Source: Takakia lepidozioides (lineage: Eukaryota; Plantae; Bryophyta). From it: 64,000 bases of DNA. The translations under genes and the position numbers were made by a program. The stretch covers positions 62,001 to 126,000 of the forward strand of contig JAKLZA010000278.1 of the NCBI GenBank assembly GCA_030704615.1. The letters are read 5' to 3'. A model generated the notes under the pieces. That model was not told the DNA's origin, did not search any database, and saw only the letters and a list, made by a program, of their open reading frames with translations. Numbering within the stretch: position 1 is the stretch's first letter; each line of letters starts with the position of its first letter. Positions 38,010-49,685 of the stretch are shown in pieces.

Positions 38010-38660
38010 AGATTGTACTCATAAGACGTTGTTTGCCATAGCCTTGTGGCCATTGACCCCGCGCCCAGTTTGAGCGGAAACAAAAGGGACAGAACCTGCC
38101 TCTGTCAAGGGCTGACGTTGGTAGTAAGACTTACCTTCATATATAGAATTAATCTGGGTTTTCCAGATATCCTCTAGAAATCCCTTCACACAAGCATCAA
38201 ACTGTTGTGTGTGATTTGCCCAATAACTAGGCCTCAGGAGGGCCTGGCTTTTGGCTCAGCCTTGAGACTTTCAAAGTTGGTAAACAGAGGTACAGGCACA
38301 AACCTCGGACAGTGTATCAGAAAACGTGTACTGTCTTCAGATTGCCCACAAACGGGCAATTGCACTCTCCCTTTCCTCTCTGCTTCTGTTTGCTGGCTTC
38401 CTGCCCTGAGTTTAAATTTCAGTCTAGTGCCGAGAGTGGGTAGACCCTTGAGGTCATCCAAGATGTCCTCCCCCATGACACTGACTGGAAACAAGTTCAG
38501 GGAAGTTTTTTGCCTAACTTCATTTTCATCAGACAATCTCATGGCAACAGACATGGGTTTGGACACTACAGCCTCTAAGTCAGATTTATCAACCCATATT
38601 GCATATCCGTACTCCAAGGCAGGTCTAATAATGCGACAAAGCATGGTTTTCTTAACCTCA
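38010..38660 (-). pseudogene. Non-LTR retrotransposon (LINE) ORF2 3' fragment and tail
   Basis: IIRPALEYGYAIW (RT thumb-like) joined to RLKFKLRAGS...CGQSED...FLIHCP (CCHC knuckle region). Confidence 0.72.
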
Positions 38661-40929
38661 GAGTTGACCCCTCTGCAGAAAAAGTTAAAAAGAGAGAGGG
38701 AAGATATTCACGTCATGTCAAGACATGGACAAGACCCATAAGGGTCATTGTCAATTAAAGACATAAACAGCCTGGATAGGGCACTATCTCACATTTCCAG
38801 TCTTGTCAAATCATCCCAAAAGACACCACCCAATTATCCAAGACAAAACAGGGTGGGAGGGCGGGGTTTGTTCTTGTGTGGGACAAGATAAGATATTGTT
38901 GTCCATGTGCATGCTGCAAGGCCTCTTGGTTCAGCCTGTACATATACCAGCAGCTTACCAATTCAGCCATAATTATGGCATGTCATGCATCAGCCAAGGC
39001 AAAAGGACCAGCCTGCATTTTGTCAGAATCTCAGTATCCCACCAAGCAGTCCAACTTGATCCAGATGAAGTAGATTTCATATCATTTGTATTCACCCCGA
39101 GACATGTGATCATACAAGGTATCAAGGGAATGTGAATGCAGCCTATCAGATTGCAGGTTCAAGACTTGTACCAACAAACAACATGAACAGCCGAGATCCA
39201 GCCTCTTTTGTATAAAAAATAGATGGTAGGTCATAGGCCTGATGTCATGACAGATCCAAAACAGTAGGTAGGATTCCATTGCAGCTTACCATCCTCATCC
39301 TTCAAGAATTCCATGCTAAAGACATGCAAAAAACACCTTACTACGATCCAGTACACATCAGAAATGGGCCTCACAAGGAGCAGGGCAGTACCCTACCAGG
39401 CTGCCGCTAAAACTTCAAGGCCATCAGATCCATAGTTACCCAAAACCGCCAAAAACATACCACCAAAAACCAGATCCTTTGGCCAAAATAACTTACAACC
39501 TAGCCTAGTAATCCACAGGCTGTGCTGTCAAAGATTAAAAAGTAGGGTATAGTTTGTATGCAAGCCTCAGGAAACAAGCCCGTCAGGCCGAGCTGCGCAT
39601 CGGTGGCAGAACGACAAAGGCCAGAACGCAGGTTGGAGCATATCAAGTCAAGGGCAGCTGGGTTGAAATCGGGGCTGCAGCCAGCAACCACCTCATAGCG
39701 CGCACAACCCTAGGTCTCCTCAGCCCATATCCCAATCTGCATGCTCAAGAAACTTCAAAGTAGGTGAGGATCCTCACCTGGTCCCATCACAAGCCCCCAC
39801 AAAAACCAATAGGTTAGTGAGGATTGTGGAACCCCAGGTGAATCAGAGACCCTCACACTTGTCATCGATGTCAACTAGAAACTCAAAAGCAAGAGAAAGA
39901 GATAAGAACATGAGAATCCCTAAACTCCAAAGGCATCTTAAGCGATTGGGGAAGAGGGTTATGCGCCATCACCACCCGCAACAAGCCGCCTCCACAAAGC
40001 ACATAAGCAATGAAGCAAGCAGGCACAAACGCAAGGCACTAGAAAAGAGGGAGAGAACTTCCCATCATAAGCATCCTTGCTAAGCACAGAAAAAGCCAGA
40101 GGAGGGAAGATGCCACTTTCATAGCGGAGTTTCCTGCTGCAAGAGAGACAAGGCGCCACCTTCGCGCCCCCCCAAGCGCTCGTCCAGCATGGGTACGACA
40201 CCACAAATGGGGCAGCCACCGAAGCACGCCCGCCATAACATTCTTCTCGCGAGCTCAGAAGCACATCGCGTGCTTCTGACAGCGGGAGAGACGACATAGG
40301 GTTGTCCCCCGATTTTTCATCGTGGATGAAAAATGGTAGGACCCTAACGGATTTCATCCGTAGCAAGATAAAAAATAGGTTTTGGGGTAGGGGTTAGGGT
40401 TTCCACCGTAATTAATCATAATTAGGGGTAGTAAAGATCAATTCCAGGTCATAATCACATCACCCATAGACAGCTCACTGTGTCAGGATGAAAAAGTAGG
40501 GAATATCATCCGTGGCAGCGCCTTACCTCCATCTAGGTAATTCTATCATTCCTTTCCAGACCATCCGGTATGGATAACAAGAGTCAATAAAAGAGGAATG
40601 AAAAATTATCACCTTGGTAGTTTTTCATCCGGTACGGATGGAAAAACAGGATGCTGTTGGCAACCTCCATAGAGGTAATTTTTCTTCCATGGTGACTCAA
40701 CCGTAATGGATGAGAGTCAATAGAGGGAATGAAAAGGCCAAAAGAACCATCCTAGAGGTAATTCAGTGTCCATCCTGGTGGCTCATCCGGTATGGATGAA
40801 AAAAGCCTGATAGAGGAACAAAAAATCCACACTGATAGCAAACTGCCAATTCCCAGTAGAGGGAGACAGAAGGAGAGAGGGGGCAACAATGAAAAAAATG
40901 GGTTGGGGGGGGGGGGGGGGGGTCAGATG

Positions 40930-42774
40930 GTGGGGTCAACTGCAGCATATGTCCAACACCAGATATCCTAAGTTAATCGACTCTATATCTTGGAAACAGG
41001 ACCGCCCACCGACCTGTCAAACAGGCTAAGTCTGGCAGAAGACAGTAGAAGAGATTCTCAAGGACCTGGAACCGCAAGTCTTCACCCTGCTGGATAAATC
41101 TGACTTAGAGGTTGTAGTGTCCAACCATGTCTGTTGCCATGAGATTGTCTGATGAAATGAAGTTAGGCAAAAAACTTCCCTGAACTTGTTTCCAGTCAGT
41201 GACATGGGGGAGGACATCTTGGATGACCTCAAGGGTCTACCCACTCTTGGCACTAGACTGAAATTTAAACTCAGGGCAGGAAGCCTACCTTTGAACAACA
41301 AACAGAAGCAAAAAGGAAAGGGAGAGTGCAATTGCCCGTTGTGTGGGCAATCTGAAGACAATACTCATTTTCTGATACACTGTCCGGGGTTCTCTCACCA
41401 AAGAGACGCTCTCTCTTCAAATCTATCAAGGGAATTGTGCATGTACCTCTGTTTACTAACTTTGAAAGTCTCGAAGCTGAGCCAAAAGCCCAGCCCCTTC
41501 TGAGGCCTAGTTTTTGGGCATCTCACACACAACAGATTGATGCTTGTGTGAAGGGATTTGTAGAGGATATCTGGAAAACCCGGATTAATTCTATATGTGA
41601 AGGTAAGTCTTACTACCAACGTCAGCCCCTGACAGAGGTAGGATCTGTCCTTTTGTTTCCCCAAGAGAGGGGGCAACAAAGAAAAACAGAGAATGTGGGG
41701 GGGAGGGAGTGACTGAGCAGCAACAGCTCCTTCTGTGCTGCTCTCTTTTAAGCCCCCCATTTATGGTGGGTTCAGCTGCAACATATGTCAACACCAGATA
41801 TCTTCAATTAATCGACTCTATATCTTGGAAACAGGACCGCCCACCGACCTGTCAAAAGGCTGAGTCCTGGTAGAAGACAGTAGAAGAGATTCTCAAGGAC
41901 CTGGACCTGGAACCACAAGTCTTCACCCTGCTGGATAAATCTGACTTAGAGGTTGTTGTGTCCAACCATGTCTGTGGGCAACCTGAAGACATTATTCATT
42001 TTCTGATACACTGTCCGGGGTTTCTCACCAAAGACGCTCTCTTCAAATCTATCAAGGGAATTGTGCATGTACCTCTGTTTACTAACTTTGAAAAAGTCGA
42101 GGCTGAGCCAAAAGCCCAGCCCCTTCTGAGGCCTAGTTTTTTGGCAACTCACACACAGCAGATTGATGCTTGTGTGAAGGGATTTGTAGAGGATATCTGG
42201 AAAACCCGGATTAATTCTATATGTGAAGGTAAGTCTTACTACCAACGTCAGCCCTGACAGAGGTAGGATCTGTCCCTTTTGTTTCCCCAAGAGAGGGGGC
42301 AACAAAGAAAAATAGAGAAGGGGGGGGGGGGGGGGGGGGGCAGTGCTATAAATTCAAGGTCAGATGGGGGTTCAGCTGCAACATATGTCCAACACGGATA
42401 TCCTAAGTTAATCGACTCTATATCTTGGAAACAGGACTGCCCTGTCAAACAGGGTGAGCCCTGGGAGAAGAGAGTAAAAGAGATTCTCAAGGATCTGAAT
42501 CTGGACCCGCAAGTCTTGACCTTGCTGGATAAACCTGACTTAGAGAGTGTAGTGTCCAAAGCCATGTCTGTTACCAGAAAATTGTCCAATGAAAATGAAG
42601 TTAGGAAGAAAACTTCCCTAAACCTGTTTCCAGTCTGTGACATGGGGGAGGGCATCATGGATGCGCTCAAGGGTCTATCCCACTCTTGGCACCAGACCTA
42701 AATTTAAAGTCAGGGCAGGAAGACTACCTTTGAACATAAACAGAAGCAGAGAGGAAAGGGAGAGTGAAATTTCC
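40930..42774 (+). pseudogene. Three tandem partial copies of the same LINE ORF2 C-terminus
   Basis: CPLCGQSEDNTHFLIHCP at about 41330-41390; repeated blocks starting at about 40930, 41770 and 42365. Confidence 0.75.
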
Positions 42775-44861
42775 CTGACGTACCTCTGCTGCTGCTGGTG
42801 CTTGAAGCGAGCTGGCGCGGCGAGCTGCTGCGGTGCTGTGCGCGGCGCGGGGTCCCACCGCTGCAAGGCGTCTCCCCCGCTCACCACGGCTCTCTCTCTC
42901 TTCAGCTCGTTAGGTCGCGCCTCTGCGCGGCGTTCCTACCACACAGGGGAGAGAGACATCAGCCCGTGCTTAGGGCAAGAAAAAAAGACAGAAAGTGAGG
43001 GAGGAGGCGGTGCTTACCTTGGGCGTTGGAGCGGGGGCAAACTCCTTGGGGCCTTGCGACCACCTCGGGCTCAGCAAGGTGCGTTTCTCCTCCACCCTAA
43101 ACCCCACTCTCTGAACTACCTCTCTCCCAAAGAACAAACGAAAAAAGGAGGGGAAAGAGATGCTTCAAGCACTTAGGGGAAAAAAAAGGGCGCGGCCCAC
43201 GTGCGACGCCCAGCCGTTGCACGCCTACGCCCGCCCTTTTTTTGAAATGTAAAATGAAGTTTGCGACGGCTGGCCGTCGTTTCTTGCGACCCCCCGCCAT
43301 AAATATAAAAAAAACACGTCGCCCCCCGCGACGGCTGTCCGTCGCGGGGTGTGCGACCCCAGGTAAAAAAAAAAAAAAAAACTCGTCGTCCAATGCGACG
43401 CAGGGTGTCGCAGGAGGCGACGGCCGGCCTTTCTGGATTTAGGGTTTAGGGCCTTTTGGGTTTCTTAGTTTTTATTTTATTTATTTTTTTTTCATATGGT
43501 ACTGGTTAGGGTGTTTGCTTTCTTTATGGTGCTGGGTTTTGGATTGGCGGTTTTGGTTGTGGGTCTTGGGGTTAAAAGGATAAACGGTGTAATTAGGATT
43601 CACATACCCAAAATGTGGTTCAATCTGATAATCGCAAAGCGCTGGGTCTCAACAAATTTTTCCATAGTGTGAGCATCCTGAAGATAGAACGAGAGGAAGG
43701 ATTTATTGTCTTGGGCTCTAGCACCATAGGGATGCTCCGCCTTTGGTTACCAATTTTGAAAGCCCCGAGGCTGAGGCATAGGGTTTTTTTGCCAACGGTT
43801 TTTGAGAAATGAAAGTGTTGGTGGTGTGTGTTAATTAGGATGGGATGGTGAGGAAACATCGACCCGTCTCCCTCGAGGATGGGGAGGTAGTACCACATAT
43901 CGATTGTGGCCCTAGAGCGACCATTTTTTGTGGCGAGGAGGCACCCATTGCACCTGATCCAATACAGGCTGCCGGGCACAATCGTAGAAGGGACCGGGGC
44001 CAATTTTCAGGTGATGCGGAGGATGTTGACACTCCGGGATCGAGTCGGGCGCGCCGCGGGTTGCCCCCTCGCGGGCCACCCCGTCCAACCACGTCCACCT
44101 TTGACCCCCCCCCCCCCCCGACAGGATTGAGTGTTGGTGCACTAAGTGTTGGGAACGGATACCGCCGGGCGGCACCAGACCACCGAGGCGGCGACCGCAT
44201 GTTGTCGAAAAACATTACAAGAAAACAAGATTGCGGATGCGGCAAAGGTGAGTGTTTTTCCCACCCCTCTCATTAACATTCATTTAAGGTACATTTAGGT
44301 TTATCTAATAATATAGTATGATTGGTAAGCATACATGAATCAAAATTACGACATAAGTATTGATGCGTCGTTCACTACGCACATTGCAGCCACGACTTGA
44401 TGCCCAAGCTCGCAATCACATTGCACAGGAGGCATTTCGCGCCGGTCTACTTGCAGAATTTGTGCCAGAGCATGTGCCCGATGTGACCAGTTGGTTCCCC
44501 CAGCAGCACGTAGATGAGATGCGTAGGGTCGAGGGGTATCGTAGGTGTCGTAGGCGTTATGGCCGGCGACGAGCAGGCCCCCCCCCCCCCCCCCAGTTTC
44601 CCCCCTGATTGTGGTCCCCCGTCTGTTTTCTTTGCCTGATCCACCTCCGGTGTACCTGATCCGGACGTTGTACCCCCGGCTGCACCTCCGACATTACATC
44701 CTCAACCACCTCCACTTTCATCCTCCGCCAGCAGTACCACCTCCACCTCCACAATGTGCCCCCCGAACCCCTAGGAGGGTCGGCTTCGCCCTAGGTTTCC
44801 TCCCCTTCGGCTTGGGCGGCCTGAGCCGGATCCTCGCCCCCGATGGGAAGCGCATAGGACT

Positions 44862-45490
44862 ATGTTACTGAGGACCGTCCAGCCTCGTTGTTGGGGGAAT
44901 CATCTCGACCCTCCCACCCCCATCCGAGAAAAATGTGGAGTTCGAGTATTGGGGGAGACGGTATGTTGTGAGAGCCGCTACAGACCTGCTATGGGTCGGG
45001 GTTTATTCACGGTCAATGATATTGTGGTTCCTCCTCGGAGAAAAGCATGGTGGACTTGTTTCCCTACTACGGTCCATACTACACCTCCGCGGAGTTCCGT
45101 ACATTACGCCTCGAAGCCCCATACATCCTACCCTACATTTTGTGTGTCAACGGACAGGATGTACGTAGACGGGGGTTGTCTCCCATTGAGATCAGATTTT
45201 GTGATGGTGACCCCGACATCTTCGGCAATGTTGCTGGGCTGGTCAATAGTTCTTTTGGTCATCCTAGGAGAACCAATGTAGTATGGGACGAGCGAAGCGA
45301 TGGGCATGAGAGCTTTTGTGGTCATACGTCAGTATACTGTGAGGGGATGCACATGTTTGTGATGACATGTGCTAGTAGGACTATTAGGGCTGGCAGCGAA
45401 CTATTTGCATCATACGAGTTCTCCGGGATGATTGGGACCTCCGATTACAGCGTGAGTGGGATGTGTATGATAGAAATAGGGTTCCTTTGA
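44862..45490 (+). pseudogene. SET-domain protein carried inside the CACTA element (one frameshift near 45040)
   Basis: MGRGLFT...LFPYYGPY...GNVAGLVNSS...ASRTIRAGSELFASY follows the SET motifs GxGLF, YxG, RFINHS and GEELxxDY in order. Confidence 0.72.
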
Positions 45491-46509
45491 GACAGGGATC
45501 GCGTAGAGGGCATTGTAGATATTCTCATGATGTACTTTGTATACATCCGATTAATCGATTGATGTAAAAAAATTTCTTGTTGCTCGTGTGGGTTGCAACT
45601 TTGCATATGTGATCTAAACATACTTATGCACATGTGGACCAAATATGAGCTTGAACCAAGTTGATTCAATGGGTCATTCTAGTGTTGAACGCAGCTACGT
45701 GTCATAGAGACGGAAAATTGTGTTTCGTCTGCAGATGATTTTTTTTTTAATTCCATTTTCAAGCCATATGCTTAATGATAGCATATGCAATGTGTGTGCA
45801 AAATTTGGGAGTAAACAAAAGTCATTTGGACCCATAACCAGATTTTGTTCTCTCATTTGCACTCCAAAGTTGAGTTATCTTCAACTTTATGCACTCTTCA
45901 TAGAGAGTTTGCAAAAGTGACCCTAGAAACACTTATTTTTTCCATTTTTTTTTGTCCCATTTTTTGCATGGATGTAGTGGTGCAAAGCCCAATGTCACAA
46001 AACAAAATAGAGCTAAAATAAATCATTACGCCCCTCAAAACCGCAATCATATATTTTCTAAATGCAAATATTATTTTAAATTCATTTAAATTCGATTTAA
46101 TTCAAAATTGGTGCAAGGGTGAGTGCGTCGTTGGGGAGGCAATTTTTATTTATTTATTTTTTTTTCCCTGCTGGATCTTTGTACAGGTGTTGCACAATAT
46201 TAAGCACATGTAGGAAAAAATGAAGCTTGAGCCACATCCGTTTGTTGGGTGCAATGGCATGAGAGGATTTTCTTTACATTAATAACAAAAATTGGTTGAT
46301 AGGGTGAATGCGTCATTGGGGGGCAAATGATTTTGTTTGGGTTTGAAACTTTGCATGCGTGTACGTTGCGCACATACATGTAATTATTGAATGACATATT
46401 TGATGCACACCACATTGAAGGTTGTTGTTTGCATTTCGCTTATAATGAAGTGTATGGTTGCAATGACACATTATAATATATGTCCTATGTTCATTTGTTC
46501 GTATCAGGA

Positions 46510-49500
46510 CTTTGTCCATCCCTTCCCGGGTTTTCTTGGCACCCCATCCGAAAAACAACCCAAGTACATCAGGCGGGAGCCGTGGGCGAGACGCCGCCCC
46601 ACGGTACCGGACGATGATGACGATGACAGTGATAGTGATAGTAACAACAACATGAGCATGGAATTAACCAGGAAGATGTGCAAGCCATGGAGGATCTTAA
46701 TGCATCATGTGGGGGCGCTGATGCATCCCATGAAGAGGGAACCCGACCAATCGATGATCCTGAAATGGCCCCCTCAAATGACATGGAGAGGGAGGCGAGA
46801 ACTCCCTTATACGAAGGGCGAAAGTGAGTCGACTTTCAACAATCTTACTTTTGCTCAATCTTCAAATTCGATTTGGCATAAGTAATGTTGGGATGTCTGC
46901 CATAATGCGAACTATTGCAGACTATATCCTTGCTCCACACTTGAAACCCAAGATGCCACGGTCGCGGAAAGAGGCGCGCGAAGTCTTGGACTCTGTGGGG
47001 ATGGGCTATAAGATTTTTCATGCATGTCCATGTGATAAAACCCTATACTACGGAGATGATTCGCATCTCACCAAGTGCCCAAAGTGCAAGAAAGACCGAT
47101 ATCGGGATGATGTCCAAGGGAAAAAAGTACCACGCAAGGTATACGCACCATTCCCCCTCGCATGGAGATTATTAGAGAGTAGTACTCATGCAAGATCTGA
47201 TTGTGGTTTTGGAAGGAGTGAGTGAGGAGTGGAAGGAGCGACGTTGGTTTTGACCATTCACACCCAAATGAGGAGAGGCTGCATCAAGGGAAAAACATAA
47301 GGGTGTTGTATTATGTGTGCTAATGTGATGTTTACATGTGGGGGGCGTGGGGTATTTCCTCCTAGAAAATGCATTACTTTCTAATCATCCCGCGATTGAG
47401 GGCACAGTACCAAAGCCCCGAATTGGCCAGACTCATGAGATGGCACGCCTCGCATCGGAGCCCCTGGGAAAGGTGTGCGGGCCACAAGATTCACAAGCAT
47501 GGAGGCATATTGAAGAGATGTGGCCTTTTCTCTTGGAGGACCCATGACATGTCCACCTCGGCTTCTCCTCGGATGGGGTCAACCCATTCTCTGTCCAGTC
47601 ATGTAGTCATTCCACTTGGCCGGTGACCATGGTGAATTACAACATCCCTCCGTATCTTTCAATTAAAAAAGGCCATATCATGTTGGCTGCCATTGTGCCA
47701 GGTGAGTGTACTCATTTCATGGACTTTACATTAAACTTCTGATCTTTGACGCAATTCGGATGCAAGATTGATGAGTGACATAATCATGGAGTAAGACGTG
47801 TAATTCATTTTGTAGTATAATCTGCATATTGGTGGAGCATTGAAACAATGATGCGAATGTCTCAAAGGGAAAAAACAAGTGACAAACATGGACACGTACT
47901 TGCGACCTCTTGTTGATGAACTTAAAAGAGTTATGGAGGGGGGTCCCGACATTGGATGCTTCACTTGACCCTATGGCCGGACAATCTTTTCAGATGAGAG
48001 ACATCTTGCTTTGGACAATGCATGATTATCCATGTATATTATGTTCCCCATGAACAACCCGCGTACATTCACTTGTCAATGCCGGATGAGGATGAGGATT
48101 GGGATTGATTGAAGTAGCGGCGACAGTCTTGTGCACCGTAGTGGGGTAGATGGCATTATGGGCCATGCACATGACAACTTTTTGTTTTTGCTAATGTGGC
48201 GGGATGTGTAGTACATGACTAATTGTTTGCTCGGGGCTAAGCACCAAAGGGTACCATGCATGCTTGCATTGTGGCGATGATCTTGATGCACATAGCTCCC
48301 GCCATCTTCACAAGATGGTGTATCCCAACTACCGCAAATTTCTTCTTATGAGCCATCGATGGAGAAGAAGAGAGAAACGTTTGTTTGATGGCAAAGAGGA
48401 AGTACGTCCCCCCCCCCCCCCCTATGACACCGTCCGGGCAGTTTTGGGAGGACCGATGGAAGGAGGCCCATGCGGGCACGGACGGTGAAGTGGACGTGCC
48501 CGGCATGAAACGACTTTCAATCTTCTACGAGTTGCCATATTGGGTGGTACATATTCCACAAAAACACCGTCAATATCCCTATGCATGCATGTGATATTGC
48601 ACATTTGGTATGCGTAGCATTGTCACTTTCATGTAAATTTTTTTTGTAAGTCTTTGTGGGTGGGGATATATGTAGGACCTGGAGATTCGTCATCTTCTAG
48701 ATCCCATGCATATTGAGAAGAATGTTTGCTCGTCCTTTTTTTGGGTTCTTCATGGCACGCCGGCAAAGAAAGGAGTGGCTGCAAAAGGAGATTCTCTCGG
48801 TGTTAGAAAGGAGCTTGAGGAGCAGGGTCGCATGCGCCATCTATGGGCCGAACAAAATGGTGTGGACCCAAAGGGTGTTGTACGGTGGAAGTATAGGGCG
48901 CGCACCTTGGCAATGGACAAAGGAGGAATACAAGAAAGTGATAGCCACCATAAGTGCTGTCCGAACACCAACTGGTTATGGGTCATCCCTCCGTACGAAG
49001 TTCAGCGAAGAAGACGGGGTCCATGGTTTGAAATCTCATGACTACCACAATCTATTGCAAGACATCTTGCCCATTGCAGTACGTGAGACATTGACTCCCG
49101 ACATTCGTGAGACAATCTATAGATTGGGAGGCTTGTTCCGGTGGATTTGCTCCAAAGAGTTGGAAGAAGCAGATTTTCCACACATGAAGAAGGAGGCGGC
49201 GGAGGTAATGTGTATGTTGGATGCACATTCCTCCCTCTTTCTTTGATATCCAAGTGCACTTGGTAGTGCACTTAGTGGAAGAGGCTTCGATTGCCGGCCC
49301 CGTTCATTCTCGGTGGATGTACTTCCTTGAGCGTTATATGAAGACTTTGAAAGGATTTGTAAGACAAATGGCGCATCTGGAGGGTAGCATGGCGGAGGGG
49401 TATACGTTGCAAGAAGCTATGTTCTATTGCACGGAGTACATGGCAAGGATGGATGAGGAATCCCCTCAGATGTGGAAGGAAGAGGAGGATGCACGAACCA

Positions 49501-49685
49501 ATGACATCGTTTTGTCCAAAAAATCGAAGAGGGTGAAATTGTCGACCTTGGTGATTGAGCAAGCGCATGACTTCATACTGAAGAACACCCCATCCATACA
49601 TGAGTGGGAGGCAAAATACAATAATCTTGTTCAGCAACGAGAGGAGGAGACGCTTGCATGGAGGCGAAACCATCAAAGGCCCTAA
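46510..49685 (+). pseudogene. CACTA TnpD transposase (Transposase_21 and DUF4218), disrupted and 3'-truncated
   Basis: HACPCD...CPKC; SDGVNPF...STWPV...YNIPP; LLWTMHDYP; KGYHAC; LDPMHIEKNV; GLKSHDYH; PPSFFDIQVHLVVHL...GPVHSRWMYFLERYMKTLK. Start approximate. Confidence 0.93.

Larger units (their letters stand above)
35899..42780. mobile_element. 6.9-kb composite insertion (unclassified repeats plus LINE 3' fragments) with a 5-6 bp TSD
   Basis: CTGACG at 35893-35898 and 42775-42780; removing the insert restores an 86-nt GT-AG intron. Confidence 0.65.
33830..43100 (-). pseudogene. CACTA TnpA-like (Transposase_24-like) gene interrupted by an intronic insertion
   Basis: Spliced blocks ...VGRNLKDRRYRARQ...PPYGITQ | WDALIAGETDAANKAKFDRAREA...THKWGVDGSKGF | FERKPSPVEY resemble the Ptta/En/Spm pattern; 5' exons resume at 42784-43100. 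Boundaries approximate. Confidence 0.55.

Noticed and set aside
38700-40400. DIRS/Ngaro or Penelope-like element
   Set aside because: No convincing RT, tyrosine recombinase, GIY-YIG or hammerhead core could be read; left unclassified.
43438-43452. Telomere repeats (also about 5581, 40390, 49681 and the GGGTTAC tracts)
   Set aside because: Only two or so units embedded in TE sequence; GGGTTAC tracts are irregular and are not TTTAGGG arrays.
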